Assembly: GCA_964636275.1 (NCBI GenBank)
Contig: CAZWRN010000005.1
Span: 1-60,494 of the forward strand
Direction: 5' to 3'
From: an uncultured Gammaproteobacteria bacterium
GTDB lineage: Bacteria; Patescibacteriota; Microgenomatia; Daviesbacterales; UBA10151
DNA: 60,494 nucleotides
The translations under genes were made by a program, and so were the position numbers. The number at the start of each line of letters is the position of its first letter. Position 1 is the stretch's first letter. Below, piece after piece: positions 1-10,829 of this stretch. Under the pieces are notes generated by a model, which was not told where the DNA came from, did not search any database, and was given only the letters and a program-made list of their open reading frames with translations.

Positions 1-14
1 GTTTAGGGAGTATT

Positions 15-728
15 ATGCCTAGAAAAAATTATATTATTTGTTATCATAGCTTTTCTCGAGTGGGAAATAGTTATTCAATTGCCCCAAGTATATTTAAGCA
101 GCAAATTTTGTCTTTGTCTTCAAAATTTAACTTTGTAAGTTTGGATGAAATTTTAAAAACTAATAAAAAAAATTGTATCGCACTGACAGTCGATGATGGA
201 TATGAAGATGTTTTAGCTATAATGCCATTTATTGAAAAGTATAAAATCCCCTTAACGCTCTTTGTCTTAGGAAATCCACAACAGGCCAACCGAGTGGAGC
301 TATCTCATCCGGGCAAACTTTTAAATTTTTCGCAGTTAAAGTTGCTTCATAAGAAAGGTGTCACAATCGGATGTCATAGCATGACTCATGCCAATTTTGG
401 CTCTTTGAATAGCAAACAACTACGTGAAGAGATAGTGGATTCGAAAAAAATACTTGAAAACAAACTTGGTATCAAAATCCAATATTTTGCTTTTCCTAAA
501 GGAATATATACCAAAGAAGCATTAAAATATGTCAAACAATCAGGCTATAAAGCCGCCTTTACAGTCAATTCGGGCGCAGTAAAAGGTATCGATTTTTTAA
601 CTCCTCGCACCATTATTGATCAATTTTATTCGGTTGATGAAATTCATTCTTTATTAAACCCTATGATAATTGAAGTTAAAAACTTTTTAAGCAAAATGCA
701 ACTTTGGAGGGTGATGCCAAATATATGA
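15..728 (+). CDS. Polysaccharide deacetylase (NodB/CE4 family)
   Basis: LTVDDGY, GCHSMTH and FAFPKG motifs; stop overlaps the next ATG (ATGA at 725-728). Confidence 0.88.
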   Translation: MPRKNYIICYHSFSRVGNSYSIAPSIFKQQILSLSSKFNFVSLDEILKTNKKNCIALTVDDGYEDVLAIMPFIEKYKIPLTLFVLGNPQQANRVELSHPGKLLNFSQLKLLHKKGVTIGCHSMTHANFGSLNSKQLREEIVDSKKILENKLGIKIQYFAFPKGIYTKEALKYVKQSGYKAAFTVNSGAVKGIDFLTPRTIIDQFYSVDEIHSLLNPMIIEVKNFLSKMQLWRVMPNI

Positions 729-1723
729 AAAAACCTACTATTTCGGTTGGAATTAGTGCATACAATGAACAACTCAATATTGCCAATGTAATTACTTCTT
801 TATTATACCAAAAAGAGACTAATTTTATCTTAAAAGAGATAATAGTAATATCTGATGGAAGTACAGATAAAACAGTAGAGTTAATTGAGCAATTTGGTGA
901 TGATCGGTTACATTTGATTGCTCATTCTGATCGGGTTGGAAAAGCGAGAAGGCTCAACGAAATAATTTCACTTTTTTCGGGAGATTTTTTATTACTCACA
1001 GATGCCGATGTTTTGCCTGACGATCAGTTTGTATTTGAAAAAATAGTCGATAAGTTTCTGAAAGACAGCAAAACTGATATGGTTTTGGCAAATGTTCGGC
1101 CTCTTCCTGCGATGACTTTTTTTGAAAAAGCAATTAACAATTTCTTTTATGCTAGGGAAGACCAGAAAAGACAGTTTGATTTTTATTCAACTATTCATGG
1201 GGCCAGAGGTGCCGGACTGGCTTTAACGCGAAAAGTGGCTAAAAAGCTTATTTTCCCAGACAACCTAATTATTGACGATGCTTTTATATATTTATTTATT
1301 AAACAGTCTGGATATAAAGTAGTTGCAGCTAAAGAAGCAATTATTTGGTTTCGCTCAGTCCAAACAATTGCAGATTTTAAAAAACAGATAATGAGATACA
1401 TGAGAGGTGGCGAACAGCTTCATAACTTTTACAATGCAGAGTTGATATATACCACATCCTATATTCCAAAACATATAATGATTAGAGTCCTTGTAAGTCA
1501 GCTAAAGAGGGACACTTTGGGATATCTACTTCTAAAGGCAGTATTCACTTACTGTCGTTTTTATCTGCGATACAATAAATATCGAACTACCACCAGATGG
1601 CTTGTATCAAAATCATCTAAAAATCTGCAGGTGCAAGCAAATATACAGACTTCCATTTCCCATCCAAGGGTTGATAGACTTGGTCTGTTGAAAGGACTGC
1701 TTTTTGTATGGTTCACAAACTAA
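725..1723 (+). CDS. Glycosyltransferase family 2
   Basis: ISAYNEQ, SDGSTD and TDAD (DxD) motifs; start moved from 704 to the ATGA-coupled ATG at 725. Confidence 0.9.
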   Translation: MKKPTISVGISAYNEQLNIANVITSLLYQKETNFILKEIIVISDGSTDKTVELIEQFGDDRLHLIAHSDRVGKARRLNEIISLFSGDFLLLTDADVLPDDQFVFEKIVDKFLKDSKTDMVLANVRPLPAMTFFEKAINNFFYAREDQKRQFDFYSTIHGARGAGLALTRKVAKKLIFPDNLIIDDAFIYLFIKQSGYKVVAAKEAIIWFRSVQTIADFKKQIMRYMRGGEQLHNFYNAELIYTTSYIPKHIMIRVLVSQLKRDTLGYLLLKAVFTYCRFYLRYNKYRTTTRWLVSKSSKNLQVQANIQTSISHPRVDRLGLLKGLLFVWFTN

Positions 1724-2640
1724 AACCTCTATTAACGGTTGGTGTCCCAGCTTATAATGAGGAACGAAATATCGCAAATTTGATAGCATCAATCATCAAA
1801 CAAACTTCTATAAAGTTTGAACTAAAGCAGATATTGGTTGTCTGCGATGGTTGTACTGATAAAACTGTTCCTATAGTTAAAAAGTTGGCAAAGAAATATA
1901 AAAATATTCGTTTGATTGAAAGAAGTATCAGGTCAGGGAAAGCGGCGGCATTAAACTTGATATATGAAAAATCAAATACTGACTTTCTAATGACTATTGA
2001 TGCAGATGTGGCATTTGCAAACAAAAGTAGTATTGACTTGCTTGTTTCAACACTGATTCAAAATCCTAAATTGAATATGACTGGCCCCCGTCACATACCA
2101 GCGCATTCCAATACTTTATTTGGTAATTTTGCGAGAGTTTCTTATCAAAGTTTTGAAGATGCTTTTTTAAAAATTAACCAAGGCAATAATTTTTATGCCG
2201 TAATGACAACTGAAATGATGAGAAAAAGTTTTTATAAATCTTTTGTTTTTCCACAAGGAACTGTCTCTGACCAATGTTTTGTTTATGCGAAATCAATTGA
2301 GAAGAATAGAGAAGGCTTTAAACTTGTAAAAGAATCTAAAGTAGTGTTTGGAACTGCCAAAACTTTTCACGATTGGAGAATACTCTCTGCGCGTTCCGTT
2401 GTAGGAGATAAAGAAGATGTTTTGAAACACTTTGGTGACTGGATTTTGAAATATTATAGTATGCCCAAGAAAATATATTTTCAGTCCCTTCTAAAATGGT
2501 TATTTAAAGAACCTTTTTACCTCATAGGTGCTCTAATTATGAACATTTATATTAGGAAGTTTCCTTATAAAAAAAATATTGTTAGAAATGGAATTTGGGA
2601 GCTTGTGAGTTCCTCAAAGGATTTAATATATGTCAATTAA
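1708..2640 (+). CDS. Glycosyltransferase family 2
   Basis: VPAYNEE, CDGCTD, GKAAALN and IDAD motifs. Confidence 0.9.
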   Translation: MVHKLKPLLTVGVPAYNEERNIANLIASIIKQTSIKFELKQILVVCDGCTDKTVPIVKKLAKKYKNIRLIERSIRSGKAAALNLIYEKSNTDFLMTIDADVAFANKSSIDLLVSTLIQNPKLNMTGPRHIPAHSNTLFGNFARVSYQSFEDAFLKINQGNNFYAVMTTEMMRKSFYKSFVFPQGTVSDQCFVYAKSIEKNREGFKLVKESKVVFGTAKTFHDWRILSARSVVGDKEDVLKHFGDWILKYYSMPKKIYFQSLLKWLFKEPFYLIGALIMNIYIRKFPYKKNIVRNGIWELVSSSKDLIYVN

Positions 2641-3556
2641 TATTAAGAAATCTACTCTAACCATAGGTATACCGGCATTTAATGAGGCAAACAATATAGG
2701 CCATTTGCTTTTAGATCTCAACAAACAAAAAGTTGCGAATGCAAGATTGAAAGAGATTATTGTAATCTCTGATGGAAGTACTGATGAGACGGTAGCTATA
2801 GCCAGACAACATAACACTCACAGGGGTGTTTCGTTGAAGGTAATTCAACATAAAGTAAGAAAAGGTCGAGCTGAAAGACAAAATGAAATTATGAAACTTG
2901 TACAAACCGATGTACTAGTATTACTTGATGCAGATGTGATGCTGAAGAAAAGTAATTTTATTGATGAGCTGATTAAACCAGTTGTTTTAAAGAAAGCTGA
3001 ATTAACATCGGCTCGAGTTCAGGAGATAGAGGAAACAAGTTTAATCGGAAAAATATTGCAAGCAAGTATGAAATTCAAAAAAAACTTGTTTGAATCCATC
3101 AATAATGGACATAATCTTTATACCTGCCATGGCAGATCACGTGCATTTGCAAAAAAATTGTATAAGCAGATTGTTTTTCGCGAAAGTGTAGGAGAAGACG
3201 CATACTCATACTTATATACAGTTTCTTGTGGACTTCGTTACCATTTTGTCAGACAAGCTGAAGTTTTTTATAAACTTCCTGTAACCTTTGCAGATCATGA
3301 GAAGCAGAGTATCCGTTTTTATAACACGCAGAAAATGTTTGAAAAAGAGTTTGGCAGAGATTTTATTTCTAAAGAAAACTACCTAAGTACAGCTTTTATT
3401 TTAAAGCATTTTTTTGCTGAAATATTTAAAAATCCATATTTACTAATGTATATACCAATGGCTGCATTTTTAAAATTTAAATCACTTTTTAGTGCTAACT
3501 TTGCGAATGACTGGATAGTTTCACAGACATCGAAAAATTTTAGGAGGACTATTTAA
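2630..3556 (+). CDS. Glycosyltransferase family 2
   Basis: IPAFNEA, SDGSTD and LDAD motifs. Confidence 0.9.
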   Translation: MSINIKKSTLTIGIPAFNEANNIGHLLLDLNKQKVANARLKEIIVISDGSTDETVAIARQHNTHRGVSLKVIQHKVRKGRAERQNEIMKLVQTDVLVLLDADVMLKKSNFIDELIKPVVLKKAELTSARVQEIEETSLIGKILQASMKFKKNLFESINNGHNLYTCHGRSRAFAKKLYKQIVFRESVGEDAYSYLYTVSCGLRYHFVRQAEVFYKLPVTFADHEKQSIRFYNTQKMFEKEFGRDFISKENYLSTAFILKHFFAEIFKNPYLLMYIPMAAFLKFKSLFSANFANDWIVSQTSKNFRRTI

Positions 3557-4699
3557 ATGGTCAAAAACAAAAATGAATTAACAATATGTTTTTTTGGGAC
3601 ATATGACAACACATATACTTCGAACAAGATGGTACTACAGGGTCTTAAAGATAATGGGGTAAAAGTCGTTGAAGTTAATTCTCATACCAAAGTAACAAGA
3701 CTTGATAAAAAAGCTGAGATGAATTGGTTAAATTTGCTTGCCAGAGTGTTTAGTAAAGTTAAAATTATTCAAGAGATAATTAAATATTGGTCTGCTATCA
3801 AACAATCGGATGCCATATATGTAGGGTATCCGGGTCATGTTGATGTATTCCCAGCATTTGTAATAGCAAAAATATTAAGCAAGAAATTAATATTTAATCC
3901 GTTACTTATTATATATATTGGTTTTGCTGAAGAGCAGGGGATTTTAAATAAACAATCACTGATGGGTTGGGTTATTAAGCAATCTGAAAGCTTGGTTTAC
4001 AAAATGTGTGATTTAGTTTTTGCGGATACTCCTTTTCAGGAGCAATTTTTACGTAAAGATTTTGGTGTGCCATCTCATAAACTCAAAGTATTACCAATTG
4101 GAGCTGATGATAGGTTTTATTCCTATACACCATATACCAATAAATCTAAAAAAATTAATTGTTGCTACTATGGTTTATATAGTCCAGTTCATGGAGTTGA
4201 ACATATTATCGAAGCCGCGAAAATACTAAAGAGTAATAAGAATATCACTTTTAGCATGATTGGGAATGGTAATACTTTTGAAGTAAATTACCAAAAAGCC
4301 AAAAGATTGGGTTTATCGAATATAACTTTTTATCATGATACACCTGAATCAGAGCACCCTAAAATAATGGCTAAATCAGATTTATTTTTTGGTTTTTTAG
4401 CCAATACCCCCACCGTTGACCGAGTAATTCCAAATAAAGTTTATCAGGGAATGGCACAAGGAAAATTGGTTGTTACAGCAGATGCTCCTGTGACAAGAAG
4501 TGTGTTTAAAAATGATGAAAATATGGTATTAGTGAAGCCAGCCGATCCTAATGCTTTAGCTCAAGCCATAGCTGATCTATCCGAGAATCCTCAAAAAAGG
4601 GTTAAAATGATAAATCAATCATATCAGTTATTTAAAAGTAAATTTACACCAAAAGCTGTGGGCAAACAAATAAAAGAGGATGTTTTGGAGATATTATAA
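3557..4699 (+). CDS. Glycosyltransferase family 4 (GT-B fold)
   Basis: C-terminal YYGLYSPVHGVEHII and PNKVYQGMAQGK..V..D, LVKPADPNALAQAI segments. Confidence 0.85.
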   Translation: MVKNKNELTICFFGTYDNTYTSNKMVLQGLKDNGVKVVEVNSHTKVTRLDKKAEMNWLNLLARVFSKVKIIQEIIKYWSAIKQSDAIYVGYPGHVDVFPAFVIAKILSKKLIFNPLLIIYIGFAEEQGILNKQSLMGWVIKQSESLVYKMCDLVFADTPFQEQFLRKDFGVPSHKLKVLPIGADDRFYSYTPYTNKSKKINCCYYGLYSPVHGVEHIIEAAKILKSNKNITFSMIGNGNTFEVNYQKAKRLGLSNITFYHDTPESEHPKIMAKSDLFFGFLANTPTVDRVIPNKVYQGMAQGKLVVTADAPVTRSVFKNDENMVLVKPADPNALAQAIADLSENPQKRVKMINQSYQLFKSKFTPKAVGKQIKEDVLEIL

Positions 4700-4707
4700 A
4701 AAGAATT

Positions 4708-6444
4708 ATGAATTTTTTATCATACATACATAAATACTTTCCCTTGAATTGGTTGAAGAGTTCTTTTGGCATGGGTTTATTTGTCCTTTTTATTGTTGTG
4801 TTGTTGATGGGGGTTTTTAAAGGGCAACCAGGCGATCCTTTGGCTTTTCAATACAGCTATCAAACTAGTGTTGGTTCTCCATTCGAAGGAACCAATAGCA
4901 CGTCAAGATATGCTTTAACCCAAGCAATAGTAGACAATGGCAGGTTTTATTTTGATGAAACACAGGCTAGATTTTCTAGTCCGGATACATCTTTTTATAA
5001 CGGAAAATATTTTTCTTTATTTACACCAGGTGTTTCCTTTTTGGCTGCTCCTTTGTATTTTGTAGGTAAATTTTTTGGATTACCTCAATTTTATACATTC
5101 CTAACAAATATTGTTTTTGCCGTGATAAACGTATATTTAGTTTATCGGGTAACTAGAAAACTTGGTGTAAATACTTATCTGGCTTTACTATCTGGCGTGG
5201 TTTTTTTATTTGGATCAAATGCATTGGCTTACTCTTTAACATTGACTCAACATCATATTGCAGCAGCTCTTGTTTTAACAGCCATTTTATTAGCACTTGA
5301 AAGGGTAAGTACTCTGAATAATTTCTTATTTGGAGCATTGTATGGGTTTGGATTATTGGTTGATATCCCTGTTGGGTTTTTGATGATGCCATTAGGATTT
5401 TATTTTGTATACAAAAATTTTGAAAAAATAGAGACGGCACAAAATGTATTGATTAAAGTACGTTATGCGATGATAGCACTTTTGATAGGGGCTATTCCTT
5501 TGTTAGCTATCTTTGGATGGTACAATCACCAACTAACTGGGAGTTATACCAAGCTTGCTCAGTTGATTGGCCGAGTTGATGTACCAGATAATAATCCTGA
5601 TGTTCAAAACCAACTAAGAGAGGAGATTCCCGTACCTGGCCCTAAAGAATTTAAAATATTCGAAACACCTTTTAATACTAGAAACTCATTAGATGGTTTT
5701 TATGTGTTGCTGATAAGTGATGAAAGAGGTTGGTATTATTTTAGTCCTGTTTTAATTCTTGCGACGATAGGAATCTATCTTAGTATTAAAAGGCCGGTTA
5801 CCAGGAGATTGGGTTTGTTATTAGGTACTGTCGGAGTTGGTAATCTGCTTTTATATTCAATGTTTGGAGATCCATATGGCGGATGGTCTTTTGGTCCTCG
5901 ATATTTAATTCCGGCGACGGCTGTGATCGCTCCTGGAATTGGGGTATTTCTTCAAAGATGGGGTAAAAATAGTGTGGCACTTCTGGTGTTTTATGGGTTA
6001 GTAGTATACAGCGTTTGGTTGGCTACCATAGGAGCTATGACTACCAATTCAATACCTCCAAAACAGGAAGCGATGTATCTTTCAACACCGATTCCGTACA
6101 CATACCAGTATAATTTGGATTTTATACAAAGTAATTTTTCAAGTTCATTGATTTTTAATATGTTTTTGAAAAATCAGATTACTGTTGACTCATATGTAAA
6201 AATTTATATCGGATTAGTTATGGTATTAATAACAATTCTGTATGGAGCTCACCTTTATTCTGACTCAAAAAGAAAAATTAAAATAAATTTCAAGGAATGG
6301 AATATTAAATTTCCACGAATTAAATTGCCTGTTTTCATAAAGAAAAGTTCAAACCAGACTACAGATCAATCAGCTGTGACCCCTTTGCCAGTACAACCAT
6401 CAGTTAGAACAATTATAAAAAGGACAAGGAGAAATAAAAAATGA
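4708..6444 (+). CDS. Polytopic membrane protein, probable GT-C glycosyltransferase
   Basis: Many TM segments, SRYALT..IV near the N-terminus, GGWSFGPRYLIP motif. Confidence 0.6.
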   Translation: MNFLSYIHKYFPLNWLKSSFGMGLFVLFIVVLLMGVFKGQPGDPLAFQYSYQTSVGSPFEGTNSTSRYALTQAIVDNGRFYFDETQARFSSPDTSFYNGKYFSLFTPGVSFLAAPLYFVGKFFGLPQFYTFLTNIVFAVINVYLVYRVTRKLGVNTYLALLSGVVFLFGSNALAYSLTLTQHHIAAALVLTAILLALERVSTLNNFLFGALYGFGLLVDIPVGFLMMPLGFYFVYKNFEKIETAQNVLIKVRYAMIALLIGAIPLLAIFGWYNHQLTGSYTKLAQLIGRVDVPDNNPDVQNQLREEIPVPGPKEFKIFETPFNTRNSLDGFYVLLISDERGWYYFSPVLILATIGIYLSIKRPVTRRLGLLLGTVGVGNLLLYSMFGDPYGGWSFGPRYLIPATAVIAPGIGVFLQRWGKNSVALLVFYGLVVYSVWLATIGAMTTNSIPPKQEAMYLSTPIPYTYQYNLDFIQSNFSSSLIFNMFLKNQITVDSYVKIYIGLVMVLITILYGAHLYSDSKRKIKINFKEWNIKFPRIKLPVFIKKSSNQTTDQSAVTPLPVQPSVRTIIKRTRRNKK

Positions 6445-8150
6445 ATAATATGGGAATGACTCTAAGGTTCAATAAAAATATAGGATCGCAGCTATATCAA
6501 TATTTTAATAAAAATCTTTTTCTTTTACTAACTATTTTTTTGATAGGTTTTTCTATTGTTCATTTTCTTTTCTTTTATTGGAATGGCTTGGGTTTGGCCT
6601 ACAATGATGCCCGATCTCATTTGGATATCGCCCGCCGAGTAGTTGAAGGATTGAAACCCGGTTTAGCACAGATCGGTTCAGTTTGGCTGCCTTTGCCCCA
6701 TTTACTTATGGTGCCATTTGTCTGGCATGATTTTTTCTGGCACACAGGTTTAGCAGGAGCTATCACTTCAATGATCGCATATGTGATAACAGGAATACTC
6801 ATGTATAAGTTTATGTTAGAGTTAAAAGTTGGTTTATTAGGGCGATTAATCGGGGTGGTAGTTTTTGCAACCAATATTAATGTTTTGTATCTGCAATCAA
6901 CAGCTATGACGGAACTGTTATTAATTGCAACAACATTGGCTGCTGTGTATTACCTTTTGCTCTGGAGTAAGAAAGAAGAAGCGATCAATTTAATTAAAGC
7001 AGCATTTTGGACAATGATGGCGACACTGGCACGATATGATGGTTGGTTTTTACTTGCCACTATGACTGGATTGATCGGGTTGCATTTTTTGGCTAAAAGA
7101 TTGGGTGATGAAAAGTTGGAGACAAAAAACCGTGTTGTCAATTTTCTACCAATCAAATTTATTGTTTTATTTTTTAAATCATTTTTCAAGGAATACAGTA
7201 AAATTGAAGGCACCTTGGTGCTATTTTTAACCATGGGATCTTTGGGCGTAGCCTTATGGTTTTTATGGAATTTATTGATCTTTGGTGATCCGCTCTTTTT
7301 TGCATTTGGTCCTTATTCTGCCCACTCACAACAACTTCAGCTGGAAAGTGCCGGGGACCTGATCACTAAATACAATTTAATTCAGTCGATTGAAACATAC
7401 AGTTATGCGATGTTTTTTAATATAAATGCTTTCACGGGGTTTGTAGGTCTATTCGCTGGTTTATTTATGCTCTTTGATAGAAGTATAAAATTATCGATGA
7501 GACTTGTGAGTTTAGCCTTGTTATCACCGTTACTTTTTAATATTATCGCGCTTTTCTTTGGGCATTCAGTTTTGTTTGTTCAAGGCATCAATGGTAATAC
7601 TTGGTTTAATGTTCGTTACGGTATTATGATGATTGCTTCGATTGGTATATATCTGGGTGTTTTGATCGATCGGGTTAAACCAATACGAGCTCCTTTAATC
7701 GGATTACTAATTTTTGTCATAGTGTTTAATTTCTTAAACTTTGACGCTGTAACTATCGATGATGCACGGGTTGGATCAAGTCAAAAAAATGTTTCAGAAG
7801 TGTCTGGCTATTTGAAAACTCATGCGAAAGATCAAGAAGGTTTTATTCTGATTTCTGCTGCATCACATGACGCGATTATATTTTCATCAACTTTGCCAAT
7901 GAAACGATTTATCCATGAGGGTACTGGGGATTATTGGAAATCAGCAACGTCATCTCCAGATCGTTGGGCCAGATGGATAGTCATGCGGACATATGATGAT
8001 AATGACAGTACCTGGAGATTGGTTAAAGCAAGTGATGGTTTGGCGAAATATACTTTAGTTGCGAAATATCCGTTTGCCGATGTCTATCAGCTCAACGATC
8101 AATACATACATGAACTCAATACTAAGCCGATTTTGCCAAAACAAAAATAA
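6441..8150 (+). CDS. GT-C (ArnT/PMT-like) membrane glycosyltransferase
   Basis: YNDARSHL..ARR, WLPLPH, STAMTE, RYDGW and NVRYG motifs in a polytopic protein. Confidence 0.65.
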   Translation: MNNMGMTLRFNKNIGSQLYQYFNKNLFLLLTIFLIGFSIVHFLFFYWNGLGLAYNDARSHLDIARRVVEGLKPGLAQIGSVWLPLPHLLMVPFVWHDFFWHTGLAGAITSMIAYVITGILMYKFMLELKVGLLGRLIGVVVFATNINVLYLQSTAMTELLLIATTLAAVYYLLLWSKKEEAINLIKAAFWTMMATLARYDGWFLLATMTGLIGLHFLAKRLGDEKLETKNRVVNFLPIKFIVLFFKSFFKEYSKIEGTLVLFLTMGSLGVALWFLWNLLIFGDPLFFAFGPYSAHSQQLQLESAGDLITKYNLIQSIETYSYAMFFNINAFTGFVGLFAGLFMLFDRSIKLSMRLVSLALLSPLLFNIIALFFGHSVLFVQGINGNTWFNVRYGIMMIASIGIYLGVLIDRVKPIRAPLIGLLIFVIVFNFLNFDAVTIDDARVGSSQKNVSEVSGYLKTHAKDQEGFILISAASHDAIIFSSTLPMKRFIHEGTGDYWKSATSSPDRWARWIVMRTYDDNDSTWRLVKASDGLAKYTLVAKYPFADVYQLNDQYIHELNTKPILPKQK

Positions 8151-8162
8151 ATATATTGTAGG

Positions 8163-8191
8163 TTGATATATTACACACTATAAGTTAAAAT
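8163..8191 (+). promoter_or_regulatory. Sigma70-type promoter, probably giving a leaderless mRNA
   Basis: TTGATA-N17-TAAAAT; ATG 7 nt after the -10. Confidence 0.6.
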
Positions 8192-8198
8192 TCGCATT

Positions 8199-9494
8199 AT
8201 GGATCAAGTTATTCAACAAGCTATTTCAAAACGCCAAAAGCCAGTAGATGTAATTGTGGTGGGTTTGGGTTTTATGGGTTTAGGATTTATTTCAGGAGTA
8301 GGTCACATTGAGGGTATGAGAATTGTCATGATAATTTCTCGACGTCCGGATGAAGCTGTCAAACAACTCAAAAAGAAGGGTCTGAAGAGTAAAGTAATAA
8401 AGTCGGTTCAGGAAGTATCAAAGAATATCCAGAAAAATATTATCTCCATTTCAGATAATTTAGAATTTATTCATGAAGCGCCAGCTGATGCGGTCTTGGA
8501 AGTGACAGGTACGGTCTCGTACGGAGTTGAAGCTTCATTAGCGGCGTTAAAAGGGAAAAAACATCTGATAACTATGAATCCAGAGCTTCAGGCGACTGTT
8601 GGTACTGAACTTAAAAAATTGGCCGATGAAGTTGGGGTTGTTATATCTGATGTTGCTGGAGATCAACCTGGTAGCCTGTCAAATTTGATTGCTCGGGCTA
8701 AACTGATGGGTTTTAATATTTTAATCGCAGGTAATATGAAGCGTTTTCTAAATCGTTATGCAACTCAAGAGGAGATGGCTGCCTGGGCAAAAGACAAAGG
8801 CTTGGCAGTGAGACAAACAACTTCATTTACAGATGGTACAAAACAGTCAATTGAAATGAATCTAGTAGCAAATTATTTTGGTTTAAATATTTTAAAAACT
8901 GGTATGGAGGGACCTCAGGTGGAGGAGGTTCATGGTTCAATTATAGCCTTTGATCTGGAAAAAATTCCTGCAGGAGGAGTTGTTGATTACGTAATAGGAA
9001 GAACACTTTTCCCCGGGGTTTTTTTGATTGCAACGCACCCTGATCCCAATCAAAAACAATATTTAAGATATCTTGGATTGGGTGAGGGTCCGTATTATGT
9101 GTTGTTTGAGCCATATCATCTGTGTCACCTGGAAGTTCCAAGTACTATATTTAAAGCAGTGTTGTTTAATACCGAAACTATAAATAATGGCCTTAATCCA
9201 GTAGTAAGAACGGCTAGTTTTGCAAAAAGAAATTTAAAAAAAGGTGAGACATTGGATGGTATCGGAGGAAATTGTGTTTATGGCAACATTGAAAAATATG
9301 AAAAAGCGAGTGATTTGTTACCAGTTGGTTTGTCAGAGGGAGCTATACTGAAGAAAAGTATTAAAAAAGATCAGCCGATAAAAATTTCCGATGTGATCTT
9401 ACCAGAAAATGCGGCAACCCGACTTTTGGGGTTAGTAAAAGATAAGAAAAAAGTTGTTTCTGATATTCATGACTACCTTTTTTTAACTAAATAA
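8199..9494 (+). CDS. NAD(P)-dependent oxidoreductase with C-terminal SAF domain (homoserine-dehydrogenase-like)
   Basis: VVGLGFMG Rossmann motif, MNPELQATVG, GDQPG, DGTK, C-terminal LDGIGG/LLPVGL SAF segment. Confidence 0.8.
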   Translation: MDQVIQQAISKRQKPVDVIVVGLGFMGLGFISGVGHIEGMRIVMIISRRPDEAVKQLKKKGLKSKVIKSVQEVSKNIQKNIISISDNLEFIHEAPADAVLEVTGTVSYGVEASLAALKGKKHLITMNPELQATVGTELKKLADEVGVVISDVAGDQPGSLSNLIARAKLMGFNILIAGNMKRFLNRYATQEEMAAWAKDKGLAVRQTTSFTDGTKQSIEMNLVANYFGLNILKTGMEGPQVEEVHGSIIAFDLEKIPAGGVVDYVIGRTLFPGVFLIATHPDPNQKQYLRYLGLGEGPYYVLFEPYHLCHLEVPSTIFKAVLFNTETINNGLNPVVRTASFAKRNLKKGETLDGIGGNCVYGNIEKYEKASDLLPVGLSEGAILKKSIKKDQPIKISDVILPENAATRLLGLVKDKKKVVSDIHDYLFLTK

Positions 9495-9548
9495 TTTAAC
9501 CAAATTTAGTGTAGATTGTTTTTCAATTTAAATAGGAGAAATAGTACA

Positions 9549-10829
9549 ATGAAGAGAAGTTCATACCCGATGAATACAACTATTAAACTGCTAATTATTT
9601 TATTTGTAGTAATTTTATTTGGGTTTTTATTTGCAATTTTGACTCGACCTCAGCTTTTTGAACCAGAACCTTTGGTAAATCCTTGGCAATTTCGAGCCAT
9701 AGATACGATGAAATATTCGCGAGATGTGGCGGGTGAAAAGCTTAATGATCCTTCCTATGATCAAGAAATCGAAACAGAAGTAAAAAATATCGCTGCTACT
9801 GGTGCAACTCATGTGGCAATTGCGACACCTTATGATGAACAATTTCTTCCCTTTTTAAAACGTTGGGTTGAAGCAGCAAGAAGACATCATCTAAAAGTCT
9901 GGTTCCGCGGTAATTGGTCAAACTGGGAAGGATGGTTTGGCAGAGAAAGAAAGATGACTTTTGATGAACATACTCGGAAAACTGTTGAGTTTATCAAAAA
10001 TCACCCTGAACTTTTTGAAAATGGTGATGCTTTTACTGGCTGTCCGGAGTGTGAAAATGGTGCTCAGGGAGATCCTCGAATGACAGGTAAAGTTAATGAA
10101 TACAGAAAATTTTTGATTGAGCAGCATGTTGAAAGTGAAAAAGCATTTCAATCAATTGGAAAAACCGTCAATACCTCACTAATGTCAATGAATAAAGATG
10201 TGGCTGATCTGATAATGGATGAAGCTACGGCTAAAGGTGTAGGAGGCTTTGTCACTATCGATCATTATGTTGGGGAAGCAAAGAGGGTGGCTCGGGATGT
10301 TAATCAGATTGGTGAAAAAACTAAAGCAAAAGTTGTTTTAGGTGAATTCGGGGCACCTATTCCGGATTTAAACGGAGAGATGACAGAAGACCAGCAGGCC
10401 GCTTGGATCGACGAGGCGCTGGCTGATTTACAAAAAAGCCCATACTTGTATGGAATATCATATTGGGTAAATAAGGGTGGAAGTACTGCGATTTGGAACG
10501 ATAACAATACTCCCAAAAAGGCGGTTAATACGCTGACAAAATATTTTCAACCAATGCAGCTTTATGGTTCACTGACAGATGAGCTTGGGTTTAAAGTATC
10601 TGATGTACTGATTGATGCAAATGGTAAACATTATCGATCCGAGAATGGCGAATATTTGATACCACTTTATGGTTATCAGACGGTGAAGTTTATTAAAGAG
10701 GGATATTTTATGGAGACAGTTGAAGTCAGCGCTGCGCCCAATGGGAGACACAATATTAAGATGAAACCTCAAAGTCCAAGTGTATTTTATTCGTTTTGGG
10801 TCAGTATGAGAAGAGCGATTTTTAAATAA
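9549..10829 (+). CDS. Membrane-anchored glycoside-hydrolase-like (clan GH-A-like) protein with small C-terminal beta domain
   Basis: N-terminal TM; ECENG and LGEFG candidate catalytic glutamates; start at ATG 9549 behind AGGAG. Confidence 0.5.
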   Translation: MKRSSYPMNTTIKLLIILFVVILFGFLFAILTRPQLFEPEPLVNPWQFRAIDTMKYSRDVAGEKLNDPSYDQEIETEVKNIAATGATHVAIATPYDEQFLPFLKRWVEAARRHHLKVWFRGNWSNWEGWFGRERKMTFDEHTRKTVEFIKNHPELFENGDAFTGCPECENGAQGDPRMTGKVNEYRKFLIEQHVESEKAFQSIGKTVNTSLMSMNKDVADLIMDEATAKGVGGFVTIDHYVGEAKRVARDVNQIGEKTKAKVVLGEFGAPIPDLNGEMTEDQQAAWIDEALADLQKSPYLYGISYWVNKGGSTAIWNDNNTPKKAVNTLTKYFQPMQLYGSLTDELGFKVSDVLIDANGKHYRSENGEYLIPLYGYQTVKFIKEGYFMETVEVSAAPNGRHNIKMKPQSPSVFYSFWVSMRRAIFK